A stretch of DNA of 64,000 nt from an uncultured virus (IMG/VR IMGVR_UViG_2061766007_000036) (IMGVR_UViG_2061766007_000036); one strand, 5' to 3'. Shown: positions 36,401 to 46,379, counted from the stretch's first letter. A program made the numbers and translations. The notes: a model not told the origin generated them from the letters alone.

Positions 36401-38930
36401 AATTTGTTTCAGATGCAACATCTCCAACAACGCTCAATGCTCCTGTTACTACGTTCCCTATTAGACGAGCAATTCCGTGAATGTCTATATGGCTTATTGC
36501 GGAAGAGATGGTTCTTGTTATAGCGTCAGACAAATCCTGCCATGAAAGATTATCGAAAAACCCATTGAGAAGTGAAGTGAGCACGTTCTTTTTCTGTACC
36601 AAAAACTCACCAAGTTCTTCCCATTTTCCGCTTTGAAGAATTGCATTAACTGTAGTAGACAAACCGCTTCCGAGTTTTCCCCACTCGATGTTATCTAACA
36701 GTGTGTTAATAAATATAAGCACCTTGTTCATTTTATCTGCGAGCTTTTCTCCGATGCTTTGCCACGGGATTTGGTCTATTGCCGCATTGATTCTTTCGGC
36801 AATAGCTCTCGCAATTTCAGCAGGGTCTCTCATCATTTCTTCTGGTGTATCTACCCACTCGAACATATCTTCGGGCTTGGTTGTGTCTCCACCACCGCCA
36901 CCGCCTCCACCGTTGTCGTCTTGCCACAGATGGATTTCGTCTAAACTTGAGAGGTTGTTCGCCGCTTTCTTCGCAGACCCACCAACATTATCTAAACTCT
37001 TTGCGTAGTTGTCGTTTATCTTCGTTGCCCTAATCCATTTTGGAGCTCCTGTGAGATACGCAATAAACATTGCCAACTTTTGCATGGCGGCTATGATTGC
37101 GTTTATCATAGGAACTATGTATTGAGGTATAACGATATTAATCAGCGGAGCAAAGGCGGCTATTACTTGGTTTTTTAATTGCGTAAACGAGTTCTTTAAC
37201 ATTGAGATAGAATTATTTACCGAAGTAACTCCTTCTCCAAACGCATCATCAAACTGCACCAAATTCCTAATTGCCTGTTTAACAGCAGTGCGAATGCGTC
37301 GGAACAACGTAAACATTCCTCGTAAACCAAGCGTATATCTGAGAAGCCTTTTAAAACTCCTTGTTGCTTCTTCCCCTGTATGCTTCAACCTAGCAATAAG
37401 TTGCTTTATTCCGCCTATTCCGGCTTTAACAGCGTTAACAACGCCCTTCCCTATCGCTATCTGCAAACGAACCAATGCAGAACCTGCTCTAAGTGCAACA
37501 CTTGCCAAAGTTCTCAGCGCCTTGCTAAGGGATTCCACCACTGCCGCTGTCCCTTCCAATCGGTTGGCTTTTGCGTCTTCCTTCTTGCTTGCTTCGCTCT
37601 CTTTCTCGGCTTCTTTTTTCTCTTTCAGTTTTTCAATATAATTTTGGATAGCGTCTCCGATATTAGCGTATTTGACAACTTCTGCGTTTTTCTTTGCATC
37701 AGCGTTTGCTTCTGCCTCATCTCTCTTTGGCGACAGTTCATCACGTTTTTTCTTCAACTTTTCGAGTTCGGCTTCCGCTTGTTTTCTCTCTTCCACAATT
37801 TTGCTTATATTGCTTCTCGTTTTTTCAATTGCGCCCATTTTTGTCATGCCGCCCATCGGGCTGATTTTATCAGTCTCAAGACCACGAAGTATGTTTTTTT
37901 GGGATTTCTCCTTGGCGTTAAGTTCCTCTATCTTTCTCGCTTGATTTTCATACGCCTTATTAACACTGCGTATTTGTTTCTCCAATTCATTGGCATCTTT
38001 TGATGCTTTATCGGTTGCTTCAATAGTCCCTTTAAATGACGAAACAGTCCCAGCTAACGCACTCGCTCCTTCTTCTTGTAGTGTGCTAAGTGCTCGCACC
38101 ATTTCGTCTATGTTTTGCTTAATATTTTCAACAGTATGGTCGAACGCCTCTTGATTGAAAATGCCTTCTTCGTCGACCACATTTTCTTTGTCAAATGCCT
38201 TAGACAATTCTTGTAATATGTTGTCTGCTGTGTATTCGATTTTTTCTGCTGTTCCTTCTTCTACAACGTCATTTGCGGTAACAGGCTCGCTGTTTTTGAC
38301 TTCGTCTTTTGCCTGCTCAACGCTATCCGCCATATTTTGTGTTGCATCTTCTATTTTTATTGCGTTTTCCTCAGTGTTTTGAACTTCTGCATCGGACACA
38401 ATTTCCGGGTGTTCACTTAAATCTTCTCTGTATCTTTCAAACGCTTCGTCGGTAGATTGCGCTTTCATATCTCCCAACGATTCTCTGCTAACTCTAAAAT
38501 CCTTAACAAATGCAGACTCGCCCTGTCTAAACAAAGCATCTTCCTGCATGCGGGCTTCTTTTATTACTTCCGTTAATTCTAACAGTTTTTCGATATATCC
38601 CTCTATTGCATATTTGTTATCGAAAAGAGTTTTTCCGCCTTCAAGGTCACCCATCGGCCCACTTTTTGTTGCGTTCATAACTCCTTCAATTGACTTGGCA
38701 ATAGATTTAATATTTCCATAAAACTGTTTTGCGCTCCGCTCGTATGTTGCAAACTCTTTTTCAGCAGAGTCCACGGACAGAGGGTGTGCATCCACGCCAA
38801 GTTTGCTAAACGCTATTACTTTCTTTTCGAGTTTGTCAAACAATGCCGTGATGTTAGCGATATTCTTTTCCGCCTGTGAAACATCACAGTCCAATCTCAG
38901 GTCAAGCTCTCCGTCTTTAGCCAACAACAT
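33474..38930 (-). CDS. Tape measure protein (1818 aa)
   Basis: Long helical protein with central hydrophobic segments, W-spaced repeats, GI.SPS, LA.GAVIPPN..FLA.LGDQ..G.N.EAPE. Confidence 0.92.
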   Translation of the reverse strand: MLLAKDGELDLRLDCDVSQAEKNIANITALFDKLEKKVIAFSKLGVDAHPLSVDSAEKEFATYERSAKQFYGNIKSIAKSIEGVMNATKSGPMGDLEGGKTLFDNKYAIEGYIEKLLELTEVIKEARMQEDALFRQGESAFVKDFRVSRESLGDMKAQSTDEAFERYREDLSEHPEIVSDAEVQNTEENAIKIEDATQNMADSVEQAKDEVKNSEPVTANDVVEEGTAEKIEYTADNILQELSKAFDKENVVDEEGIFNQEAFDHTVENIKQNIDEMVRALSTLQEEGASALAGTVSSFKGTIEATDKASKDANELEKQIRSVNKAYENQARKIEELNAKEKSQKNILRGLETDKISPMGGMTKMGAIEKTRSNISKIVEERKQAEAELEKLKKKRDELSPKRDEAEANADAKKNAEVVKYANIGDAIQNYIEKLKEKKEAEKESEASKKEDAKANRLEGTAAVVESLSKALRTLASVALRAGSALVRLQIAIGKGVVNAVKAGIGGIKQLIARLKHTGEEATRSFKRLLRYTLGLRGMFTLFRRIRTAVKQAIRNLVQFDDAFGEGVTSVNNSISMLKNSFTQLKNQVIAAFAPLINIVIPQYIVPMINAIIAAMQKLAMFIAYLTGAPKWIRATKINDNYAKSLDNVGGSAKKAANNLSSLDEIHLWQDDNGGGGGGGGDTTKPEDMFEWVDTPEEMMRDPAEIARAIAERINAAIDQIPWQSIGEKLADKMNKVLIFINTLLDNIEWGKLGSGLSTTVNAILQSGKWEELGEFLVQKKNVLTSLLNGFFDNLSWQDLSDAITRTISSAISHIDIHGIARLIGNVVTGALSVVGDVASETNWDELGAKIVDGLETLTSSMEKFDWDSLGQKIAEGINKIPWGRLISSTIDAGGSILGGVLDAIISAVETLDTKKLTKAVSEGVTKFFKSLTSILQKADWDEIGKSIAKFIGSMDFSAMLDAFFEFEEEFVKAIAKTGKGLFDGIKIVIPKIWLEIKDIGAQFGIDGNTIWTVLIGALGAIMATAGGKLFIFNPTAGIITVGLGIMMLATSIALGAEKNAGASFGEQLATIIAGAIGALGVLLAVPTGGWSLILTAVALLTITTISINAKEQAEKELSSGIKDFKEKTQKMIDDALSTIDLIEDINLKITGKVESVDVDFTIVKEQLEGLLSINTSDGVTVQELNNINTALDTMKKYLGDENYNELGLYFDTATGSIMSAKGEIHSCRDELNLLIDKMLQTAKVEAMHDVLVENYRDIIKAQQEVNRIDDEAAKHRNMIQNFEMIKVGAKNVSEQLHNGKITEEEAMRTMYEYEQYLKSCGLSLSSYSNAQEGFIQILQSNNNVVDQAIADETEKLATLDEAWTVANTSLVQYTEDGKVYEQNVREWTAVAKEGTDASTESVVLANDAWKNYGEAVDESGKQVMVMLDAQGRLIDSENKLVDSCVMIKDATGDVIEVNDKLIENYKNKEPDAFKNAILSHKDYTDSENNIVRWNDKVRTSDGQVITVLEYMARTTSDKAQLMQDAIALWAQDNNKNVDEVSQKYGELPTVLSDKLAQMEADAQRNGLTMEQLMGDNGVNIVKGLFMGMEGEWDEEELNSMWDSIGETLCSLLGINSPSTVMSEYGGYIMQGLLEGMKTEFNPITEFFNSVAEAAKKAFADIPANIASGLSGMGGRIKAPLNDAITVMNSFISKMISVANKFASTFNSIRTGINSLPNTTKLPYLMQVSGFSVSALAAGAVIPPNAPFLAMLGDQSRGRNLEAPESLIREIMREELGTASKGGSYQFVAQLNRRTLFEEMIDEAEMRQLRTGENPFML

Positions 38931-38969
38931 TCACCCCTTTATTTCAAAAGAGGTGCTGTTACGCTACCT

Positions 38970-39566
38970 CTATTTTTTCGATTTAAACCCAAACATCTTC
39001 CGCAGTTCTTCCTTGTTTGCATCGGAGATGTGGGACTTCTTTCCTAAATCAATAAGGTCACGGTTTTCTGCGTAGAATTCCTGCTCGTATTTCTCCAATT
39101 TCTTGTTCTTGGCTTTCTTCTGACGGATGCTTACTACATTGCTAAATAAGGATTCCCTTATCTCCATATAAGCACCCATGAACGTCCACCAATGCAGGAA
39201 ATCATCGCTCCGTATTTCTTTCCCGAGAACAGAATTAACAGCCGGTATGATAAGAGGCGCATCCTGTTCCCAATCCATAAGTCGTGGCTTTTTCTTGCCG
39301 TTTTTGTCCGTTGCGGAATTACCGCAGTCAATAAATTCGGCGCATTTTTTTGCCGCTTCAGCCCAATGTTCTTCGGGGATGATGTCCAATCCGTCGTGCT
39401 CGTCGTCGCCATAAAGCAAGCCGATGGCTATTAACTGTTTCTCATCATCCTCGTAATTTGGGTCGTTATAGGTCGCAAGGATTTCCAGTATGTTCCGAAA
39501 ATCCGCCCTAATAGGATAGCCCGTGCCACCTATTTCAAGCGACACGGGCAATCTCCAAACATTCAT
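38970..39566 (-). CDS. Gp15-family (A118-like) tail assembly chaperone
   Basis: Y.I..DFR; DW.QDA..I; LHWW.F; VSIR. Confidence 0.8.
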   Translation of the reverse strand: MNVWRLPVSLEIGGTGYPIRADFRNILEILATYNDPNYEDDEKQLIAIGLLYGDDEHDGLDIIPEEHWAEAAKKCAEFIDCGNSATDKNGKKKPRLMDWEQDAPLIIPAVNSVLGKEIRSDDFLHWWTFMGAYMEIRESLFSNVVSIRQKKAKNKKLEKYEQEFYAENRDLIDLGKKSHISDANKEELRKMFGFKSKK

Positions 39567-39997
39567 TATTTACCTTTTTTATTGGCGACAGCTTTCTTAA
39601 CTTTGGAGAGTTTCTTCTCCACACGAACCTTTGTCACCTTCTCCATGAGGTTAGCAAATCCTTCGAGGACGACCTCGTAGAAGAAGTCTCCGTTTTCGAC
39701 CACGGTGAGAGCACCGCATTTGCTGAACAGAACTTCTGACACGTCGTATCCGAAAAGGACATCGAACTGCTCGGCAATATCCTTTGCGAGCTTGTCATAT
39801 TCTGCAATTCTCTCGTCTTCTGAAGCATCTTCGCTCAGTTTAATATTGTTGAAAAAGTCAACGACTTTGTCGTATCTGCTCAGAATATTAGAGTCCAACG
39901 GGTTAAAGTAGAACTTTCCAAGTTCACGCCCCGTTTTGTCTTTCACAGGCACTTCAATAGCACCAGTGTCGACTACGAGTTCATAAGTGTTAGCCAT
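39566..39997 (-). CDS. Tail assembly chaperone
   Basis: Position after tail tube; F.FNP.D..I..RY. Confidence 0.7.
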   Translation of the reverse strand: MANTYELVVDTGAIEVPVKDKTGRELGKFYFNPLDSNILSRYDKVVDFFNNIKLSEDASEDERIAEYDKLAKDIAEQFDVLFGYDVSEVLFSKCGALTVVENGDFFYEVVLEGFANLMEKVTKVRVEKKLSKVKKAVANKKGK

Positions 39998-40034
39998 ATA
40001 TACAATCTCCCTCCAAAGTTAAGTAAACGCTTAA

Positions 40035-40586
40035 TTAAGCCTTCGTAAAGACAGGTACGTAGTTGGACGCACGGTCGCCCGTCAGAGTAACACTACCCTT
40101 GACACGGTCGCCGTTCTCCATGATGGTGAACGGGATGTTCACGCCATCGGTAGCGTTTCCGCCGTAGGAACTCGGCTTAACAACGACTTCGCTCACATAC
40201 GCAAGATGCGATGTGGCGGTAGTATCCTCAACGAGGACTTCGAGCATCAGAGCACGGCAGTCATCGTTCTTTTTCCTGTCAAGAGCGATATCACGCAGAA
40301 TCTTGTACAGGCTGGAAGACGGGTCGGCATAGAAGGGCTCCGCAGAAATAGACGGAGTGTAGCCGTTGTCCTTTACCTTGGTCTGACCAAGGATGTTTTT
40401 GAACTGACTTGTGTCGGTGTTCAGCTCAACGTTCATTTCCTCGATGTCGTCGCCGATGACTTCCCACGTGGAAGCGGAACTCGTGGTCACGTCCGTAATC
40501 TTCTTGTGGGTGAAGGAAGGGTTGGTGGACTCAGCACCAAGTACGTCGAGGTAATGAATAAGAGCTTCTCTTTCAAGAATAGCCAT
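40035..40586 (-). CDS. Major tail tube protein
   Basis: G.DIEEM..ELN; KNILG; GY.P; SYGG...G..IPF; G.R.KG. Confidence 0.8.
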   Translation of the reverse strand: MAILEREALIHYLDVLGAESTNPSFTHKKITDVTTSSASTWEVIGDDIEEMNVELNTDTSQFKNILGQTKVKDNGYTPSISAEPFYADPSSSLYKILRDIALDRKKNDDCRALMLEVLVEDTTATSHLAYVSEVVVKPSSYGGNATDGVNIPFTIMENGDRVKGSVTLTGDRASNYVPVFTKA

Positions 40587-40601
40587 AATTGTTTTCCTCC
40601 A

Positions 40602-41111
40602 TTACATGTTGATTCTTGTTCGCTGAAATTCGTATTTATATTTCAGCACCATATATATCGTCCAATCTTCCGATTGGTTCTGATTTACAGCCTCCAAATA
40701 AGTGGGGGTCGAGCGGTCGATAGAGATTATCTTTCGGTCGCCGCTCAGTGCAGGGTATCTGTCCAACTGACACTGAACCCCATTGACGGAGACCACTTCA
40801 CCTTCGAGCCAACGACCAAGGGCATCGAGCCACTCCTTTACGGATGCTCTCCTGTCTTCCGACAAGTCCATCCCCCTGTACGTAACCGTGAACGGATATT
40901 GGCAAACTCTCCTTACCTTCCCGATGATGCTCGTCTTTTCGCTCTTGACTACAGCACCGCTCGTAGGAAGCAGTATAATGCCCGATTCTGCGTCCACAGT
41001 GGCAAAGGTTATATCATCATACTGAAGCGCAGGAAACGTGTTCAAAAGTTCTCTGAGAGCCTCTGTGATAGCCTCATAGCCTTCCACGTCATATACGACT
41101 TCTTCGCTCAT
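40602..41111 (-). CDS. Tail terminator/completion protein
   Basis: YD.EGY..IT.AL..LLN.FP; C.YPF...YR; LG.WLE; YP.L. Confidence 0.6.
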   Translation of the reverse strand: MSEEVVYDVEGYEAITEALRELLNTFPALQYDDITFATVDAESGIILLPTSGAVVKSEKTSIIGKVRRVCQYPFTVTYRGMDLSEDRRASVKEWLDALGRWLEGEVVSVNGVQCQLDRYPALSGDRKIISIDRSTPTYLEAVNQNQSEDWTIYMVLKYKYEFQRTRINM

Positions 41112-41410
41112 TTGAAATCACCTACGCTTTTTCTGAAATCCTCTAGCCATTTATCTTGATAAATCTGAATAAACTTCTCAAAGAAGTCCTTCGAAGTGGA
41201 AGGAGAAGAGCGTTTAACGGCGGAGTGTTCTTTCTCTTCGCCGTCTTTTTTTCCCTTCTTCTCGCTTCTTCGTGCCTTATCACGATATATAGCCAAATCG
41301 GTTCGCATCTGCCTCTCGGTTTCCGCCTGTGCCCGTTCTATGCTCTTCTCTATTTCGCTGAAACGGATGTTGGCTCGTACGTTTTTACTGTGTTTCACGT
41401 AATCCCGCAT
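41108..41410 (-). CDS. Neck/minor capsid-like protein, apparently shortened
   Basis: AQ....QM..D...Y start and P....FFE......KW end, with a charged low-complexity middle. Confidence 0.45.
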   Translation of the reverse strand: MRDYVKHSKNVRANIRFSEIEKSIERAQAETERQMRTDLAIYRDKARRSEKKGKKDGEEKEHSAVKRSSPSTSKDFFEKFIQIYQDKWLEDFRKSVGDFK

Positions 41411-41871
41411 TACCTACCACCTATTTCGAAATGAGGAAGAACCGTATACAAGGCTACATGAGAAACAGCATAGACGTGGTCGTACTTTTTCCTCATATAT
41501 TGGTAAAAACCGTTCGGCATGTACTCGGAATCCTTCGCTCCGTTGTATTCGTCGTAATCTCCGTAAACAAAGAAATCGAAGTCGCTTCCGCTCTTCAAAC
41601 TGAAACTGTCGGAAATCGCATCTGCTTCATTCCACGCCTTCGGAGTGAGGTACTCTTTCCCACTCACAAAAACAGTTCCATCGCTTTCCGGTTCTGTCCG
41701 CACGACCAATCGTACGTTGTCTCCGGTCTGCTCTCTCGCCTGTGCATTTACTGTCTCAGCGACGGTTGCGGTGAAGGAAGTTCCTTCCATTACAGTCGCA
41801 TACCAAACGGTATCGGAGCCTTCTTTCTTCCTGCTGAACACGGTAACCGTCTTATCATACACAGCCCTCAC
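41410..41871 (-). CDS. Head closure protein
   Basis: YDKT.T.F; Y..PK.W; DFF..G; PHFEI.G. Confidence 0.65.
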   Translation of the reverse strand: MRAVYDKTVTVFSRKKEGSDTVWYATVMEGTSFTATVAETVNAQAREQTGDNVRLVVRTEPESDGTVFVSGKEYLTPKAWNEADAISDSFSLKSGSDFDFFVYGDYDEYNGAKDSEYMPNGFYQYMRKKYDHVYAVSHVALYTVLPHFEIGGR

Positions 41872-42262
41872 CTCTTGCGTGAATCGGTACTATGACCATC
41901 TTTCTGAGGCGTAGAAACTGCATACCGTATTTCGTCAAGGAATATTCCGCATCCGCATTGGCGACGTTGGCGAAGTTGTTATCAAAGGCTATATTAGTCG
42001 TTCCATCAGAGATTGATTTCAGACCAAAGGAAGCGCCTCCGACCCACATTCTCGAAATATCTCCGCCCGCATCCCCGTCGTCCTTAACATTGCCAACGGC
42101 GAGCTGATGACAAACCAGTAACGCTATCGCACGTTCATACAGATTGCCGAACTGTTTTCTGCTCACCATAGGACGCACGAATTCTATCCACTCTTCCAAC
42201 GTTTCGTCAGAAATGTCGGTGAACTCAGAGCCTATCAGTCTGATGCATTCAATCGCCGTCAT
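41855..42262 (-). CDS. DUF4054-like head-tail adaptor
   Basis: EF....D; FG..Y..A.ALL..H; T.YG.QF..L. Confidence 0.75.
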   Translation of the reverse strand: MTAIECIRLIGSEFTDISDETLEEWIEFVRPMVSRKQFGNLYERAIALLVCHQLAVGNVKDDGDAGGDISRMWVGGASFGLKSISDGTTNIAFDNNFANVANADAEYSLTKYGMQFLRLRKMVIVPIHARGEGCV

Positions 42263-42294
42263 AGGCTTTCTCTCCTTAAAGAAAGGAACGCACG

Positions 42295-42597
42295 TTACTC
42301 TGTGTCAGCCTCTTCCACCGCTTCTTTCGGCTTCCTGGGAGCCCGTTTTACGGGCTTTTTCTCTTCGGCGGTATCATTGCCCTCTTCGGCAGAAACGGTC
42401 TCTTCGACCGCTTTCTTAGCCTTAGGAGGTCTCTTGTCAGCGGTTGCCTTGAGGAATCCTTTTTCTACGAGGACTTTCACTGCGGGGGTATCGCCTACTT
42501 CCTTGGGGAATTCAGCGGAATCTCCGTTCATACCATCGGGCATGAGAATTGTCGGGCCTACGCCAATAACCTTGGCGGTCATATTTTTGAGCAACAT
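42295..42597 (-). CDS. Small post-capsid hypothetical protein
   Basis: GGAGG RBS; K/E-rich tail; follows capsid gene. Confidence 0.65.
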   Translation of the reverse strand: MLLKNMTAKVIGVGPTILMPDGMNGDSAEFPKEVGDTPAVKVLVEKGFLKATADKRPPKAKKAVEETVSAEEGNDTAEEKKPVKRAPRKPKEAVEEADTE

Positions 42598-42676
42598 ATA
42601 CGTTCCCTCCATAATTAAATGATGAAATAGCGAAGGGGAGGTTACCCTCCCCTTCTTTTAGTTTTAACAGGTGTAC

Positions 42677-43706
42677 TTACGATACGCCAATCGCAATCAG
42701 AGCGGACAGCGGGTAGTACACAATGACACCGGCGGTACGGGCTTCGCAGGGAACCGTGGTCTCGAGGTTGTGCACCTGCAGCGGGTACTGATAGAACGGC
42801 ATCGGGTTCTCGAGCGTCAGCTTCATGGGGTCGTTCTTGAACAGGAACGCAACACCAGAACCGTTGGAAGCCGCCGCATAGGGGTTGGTCTCCACGGAGT
42901 CGTTGTCGAGCTCGGCGGCGGAGATGATGTTCTTCAGATAGGGGCTGTGCTCCAGAACGAAGTCCTTCACCGTGATGGTGGTGTCGGGAATCCGACGGGT
43001 GGCGATGTCCATAAAGACCTCGGCGGGCAGGCACAGAGTGTCGGGTCTCTCCACGTTCTTCGTGGTACGAGCGACCTGCTTCTGCATTCCGTTGATGTCG
43101 GCGAGAATCTCGTCGGCAGTCTTTTCCGTCNNNNNNNNNNNNNNNNNNNNNNGCCGAAATGGTGAACAGAGGAATATTCTGCTGAGCAGACAGAACGCCG
43201 AGCAGGCCGGACTCGTCATCGCCTCTCCACGCAATCTTGTTGGTGGCGTTGTCGATGCTGTAACGGGCGGACTCAGCCTTGCGAGCGTCGAGGCTCTTGT
43301 TGGCGAGACGGGAAGCACGCATCTCCTGCGCAGAATAGCCATAGGAAGCACCGATGGACTTCACAAGGGCATAAGAGGGCTTACCCACAACGTCAGCCCG
43401 AGGCAGGTCGGTGCTGTAGTTGTCGATAATCTTCGCAATACCCTGCTTGTCGTAGGTGTAGTAGGTAATGCTCTCAGCACCGGGGTCAGCCTCGGAGCTG
43501 ATGGGGAAAAGGTTCAGAGCCGTAAACTCGGGATACTCTACGTCATAGCTCTTGCTCTTGACGTAGTCGAGCTCACGGGCGAAGAACACGGAAGCGTCCT
43601 CGGCACTGTCGAAACGGGTGCCGGCGCTTGCCATAATAGCGGCAGGGATGGAAGAATTCTTCAGAGTCCTTGCCTCAGTGCTATCAAAATGAGTATGCTT
43701 TTTCAT
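42677..43706 (-). CDS. Major capsid protein, DUF2184/encapsulin-like (frame break at gap 43131-43152 is an assembly artefact)
   Basis: FARELDY; DLPR.D; Y.YS.QE.RA; RPDTL.LP; GVIVYYP.S. Confidence 0.88.
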
Positions 43707-43744
43707 CTAGGTTGTCCTCCTTGTATTTTTCTCTTCTCTGTCGC

Positions 43745-44236
43745 TTACGCATTCTTCAGAATGAGCATAGCAACGCCGTTGGTGTCGACCTCGCTACCGA
43801 AGATAGCGGGAACCGCATCACCATCGGTGCTCGTGGGGCTGAAGAAACCGGCCTCATCACCGCTGTAAACGACGTAGGCGGCATCGCCGAACTTCGGGGT
43901 CTTGCCGGTCTTGACACGAACATAGACACGCCCCCAACGCATAACGCCGATGGCGGTCTTGTTCAGAATCTCGAGGTCGCCGTTGCGGTCGTTCTCACGG
44001 GTGCGGTTGTTCACGGTCACACCGAGGAACTTCTGAGAAGTGGCGGACGGTTTCATAATGGCACCGGGGTGAGCCACGGTGTCGCTGTCCACGTAGGTCG
44101 TAACGCCGATACCAAACAGCATCACATTGTCAGCGGCGCTGTTGATATAGGTGTTGATTTCGTAGGGAGCGAGGTCATAAATGCCGCCTGCGCAACCCCT
44201 AACAGTGTCAAATTTGTAAGTAGTCTGTGCACTCAT
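43745..44236 (-). CDS. Capsid decoration/cement protein
   Basis: MSAQT.Y...AG...D; FG.GV; FLGV; V.R.GRV.V; directly before DUF2184 capsid. Confidence 0.7.
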   Translation of the reverse strand: MSAQTTYKFDTVRGCAGGIYDLAPYEINTYINSAADNVMLFGIGVTTYVDSDTVAHPGAIMKPSATSQKFLGVTVNNRTRENDRNGDLEILNKTAIGVMRWGRVYVRVKTGKTPKFGDAAYVVYSGDEAGFFSPTSTDGDAVPAIFGSEVDTNGVAMLILKNA

Positions 44237-44250
44237 TGAGTTTTTCCTCC

Positions 44251-45894
44251 TTAGTTTTTATGCTGACGGCGAATCATGCGCTCTCTTGCGCTCTCTGCCG
44301 AATCAGTAGGTGTTTTGTCCGCAGAGTCCTTGTTGAACATCTGCTTTCTCTGAGAAGAAACGCCATCGCTTTTCTTCTCGTTCAGAGCCTCGACAGCACA
44401 GTCATAAGCCGCATCGATGTACGTATCAGACTTGCCATCCAGTCTCACATTGGGCTTCACTGCCTTGATGACCTTCTCCTTGGCATCACGGAGTTCCATG
44501 TACTCCAATCCGTCAAGGTTCAGTTCACGACCAAGCAGTCCGAGAGTTACTCTCTCACGAATCTCGTCTGCGGAATCGGTATGAATCGGCTTTTCTTCCT
44601 CTTCTTCCTCTTCCTCAAAGGCGAACTCATCCTCATCGAATTCCTGTTCTTCGAACGGGATTTCCTCTTCTTCCTCTACTACTTCTTCCTCAGCGTCGGT
44701 AGTAGGCTCTTCCTCCTCGACGGGCTCCTCTTCAACGACCTCTTCCTCTTCGATTTCCTCTTCAACAGGAATGTCGTCTTCGTCCTCGAGCAGGATTTCC
44801 TCTTCCTTCTCCTCCTCTTCCACGGGCACTTCCTCGTCGGCAGAATCGAAGTCCATCTTGGCAAGCAGTGTGTCGATGATATCAATATACATATCGATAT
44901 CCTCATCCTGCGACGCAATCTGAACCATCGCCTCTTTGCCGTTCTTGGGGTCGCCTGCGGAATCTCTCTTGTGCCTGCGCTCACGCAGGAACTCCATCTT
45001 GCCTTCGACAGTATCGGGCACTTCGATTTCCTCTTCAGCGTCCGCTTCGGTCTCCTCGGGCTCCTCAACAGGTTCCTCGACAACTTCCTCTTCGACGACT
45101 TCCTCCTCGACGGGCTCCTCAGCGGGCTCCTCGGCAGGAACTTCCTCGACGGCTTCTTTGACGACTTCCTCTTCAGCGTCCTTCTCGACTTCGGCGGGCT
45201 CTTCTACAGGCTCTTCGGTGTCTTCCATCTCGGCTCTCTTCGCTTTGTACTCAGCAATAGCCTGTTCCAGTTCCTCATCGCTGAGAACGCTGTCGGCACG
45301 GCGAGCACTCTTGAGATTTTTCACAGCCTTTCCTCCTCTTAGAATGGTTATAGAGTCACGACTATCTACATTCAGCCGTGCCTGCTCACCTGCTCTCGCC
45401 TGTCTGACAAGAGCAAGATGATTGATACGAATATTGCGCTGTACGGCATCGTAATGAACACCGTTCCACGTTCCGCCTGTCTCATCCAAGTCGAGATTGT
45501 AACCAAGGGAAAGTTCCTTCAATCCTCGCTCTTTCATGGCGTTAACATCGTGGATAATAATATCCGCTTTAACATCATTTCCCGAGCGAACTCCCTCAGA
45601 CAGAATCGTGCCAATTTGGTTTTCAGCGACATTTTCTTTCGTGATTAGCCCTGCTTCATGCGTAATGATAATGGGCTTGCCTTTGTACGAGGCTAAGCTC
45701 TCCGGGCTGAACACTTCCTGCGGTAACCGCAGTTCCCTTCTAATGCTTCCGTCCGGGTTCCTATACTCAAAGATACCCGTCGTAGTCAGAACAGGCTTGT
45801 CTTCCAAATACCCTTCATCTGTGAAAGATGCCCTCGTGATGGGCATACTGTCGAGCCGTATCACATTTTTCAGCACAGGTGTCGTAGTAATCAT
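44251..45894 (-). CDS. DUF2213-like prohead protease/scaffold with long acidic region
   Basis: EGYL...GIF.Y...RELR.P.EVF..ESL.S..GKP....H; ELS.GY; Q.NI..NH.ALV..ARAG. Confidence 0.88.
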   Translation of the reverse strand: MITTTPVLKNVIRLDSMPITRASFTDEGYLEDKPVLTTTGIFEYRNPDGSIRRELRLPQEVFSPESLASYKGKPIIITHEAGLITKENVAENQIGTILSEGVRSGNDVKADIIIHDVNAMKERGLKELSLGYNLDLDETGGTWNGVHYDAVQRNIRINHLALVRQARAGEQARLNVDSRDSITILRGGKAVKNLKSARRADSVLSDEELEQAIAEYKAKRAEMEDTEEPVEEPAEVEKDAEEEVVKEAVEEVPAEEPAEEPVEEEVVEEEVVEEPVEEPEETEADAEEEIEVPDTVEGKMEFLRERRHKRDSAGDPKNGKEAMVQIASQDEDIDMYIDIIDTLLAKMDFDSADEEVPVEEEEKEEEILLEDEDDIPVEEEIEEEEVVEEEPVEEEEPTTDAEEEVVEEEEEIPFEEQEFDEDEFAFEEEEEEEEKPIHTDSADEIRERVTLGLLGRELNLDGLEYMELRDAKEKVIKAVKPNVRLDGKSDTYIDAAYDCAVEALNEKKSDGVSSQRKQMFNKDSADKTPTDSAESARERMIRRQHKN

Positions 45895-45919
45895 CCCCCT
45901 TTCCGAAAAAAATATATAT

Positions 45920-45944
45920 AAAAAGCAGGTCTTTCGACCCGCTT
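45920..45944 (-). terminator. Intrinsic terminator after 46011-46379
   Basis: AAGCGGGTC-GAAA-GACCTGCTT then T-rich tract. Confidence 0.7.
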
Positions 45945-46010
45945 GTTATATTCCAAAACAAAAAGCGTCACTCTTCTGAGCAACGCTTCTTGCCTTAGTG
46001 TAGTATTAAA

Positions 46011-46379
46011 TTACTTCCAAAACCCTCCGGTCTTGGCGAGAGCAATATACTGCTCTTCGTTCTTTACCCAATCGTTTTCGTCATCTTCCGCCATCTTTTC
46101 ACGTTCTTCTCCGCAGTCTTTGTACCGTCCGCTTTCCGGTTCTTTCCTCAGCCGTGCTGTAGCATCTCTCACAACTTCAGAAGGAAGTTCTTCCATGTCT
46201 ACGACCTCAAAGCGTCCGCTGTAATCCAACGGGTTGAACGCTTCGAGAAACGTAGGCCACAGAAGCACCATGCCCTCTTCTCCGACTGGTACTTCAGCGT
46301 AAATCCCGTTTTCTAACTGGAAATACACTTTTCCACGGTTGCCGTCCAAGTTGGCTCCAATAATTCTCTTGCTCTTCAT
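46011..46379 (-). CDS. Small acidic protein with own promoter; candidate immunity partner of 46459-48501
   Basis: AAGGAGG RBS, consensus promoter upstream, terminator downstream. Confidence 0.7.
   Translation of the reverse strand: MKSKRIIGANLDGNRGKVYFQLENGIYAEVPVGEEGMVLLWPTFLEAFNPLDYSGRFEVVDMEELPSEVVRDATARLRKEPESGRYKDCGEEREKMAEDDENDWVKNEEQYIALAKTGGFWK

Noticed and set aside
42642..43706. Apparent frameshift or pseudogene in the major capsid gene
   Set aside because: The frame change falls exactly in N gap 43131-43152; both halves are intact.
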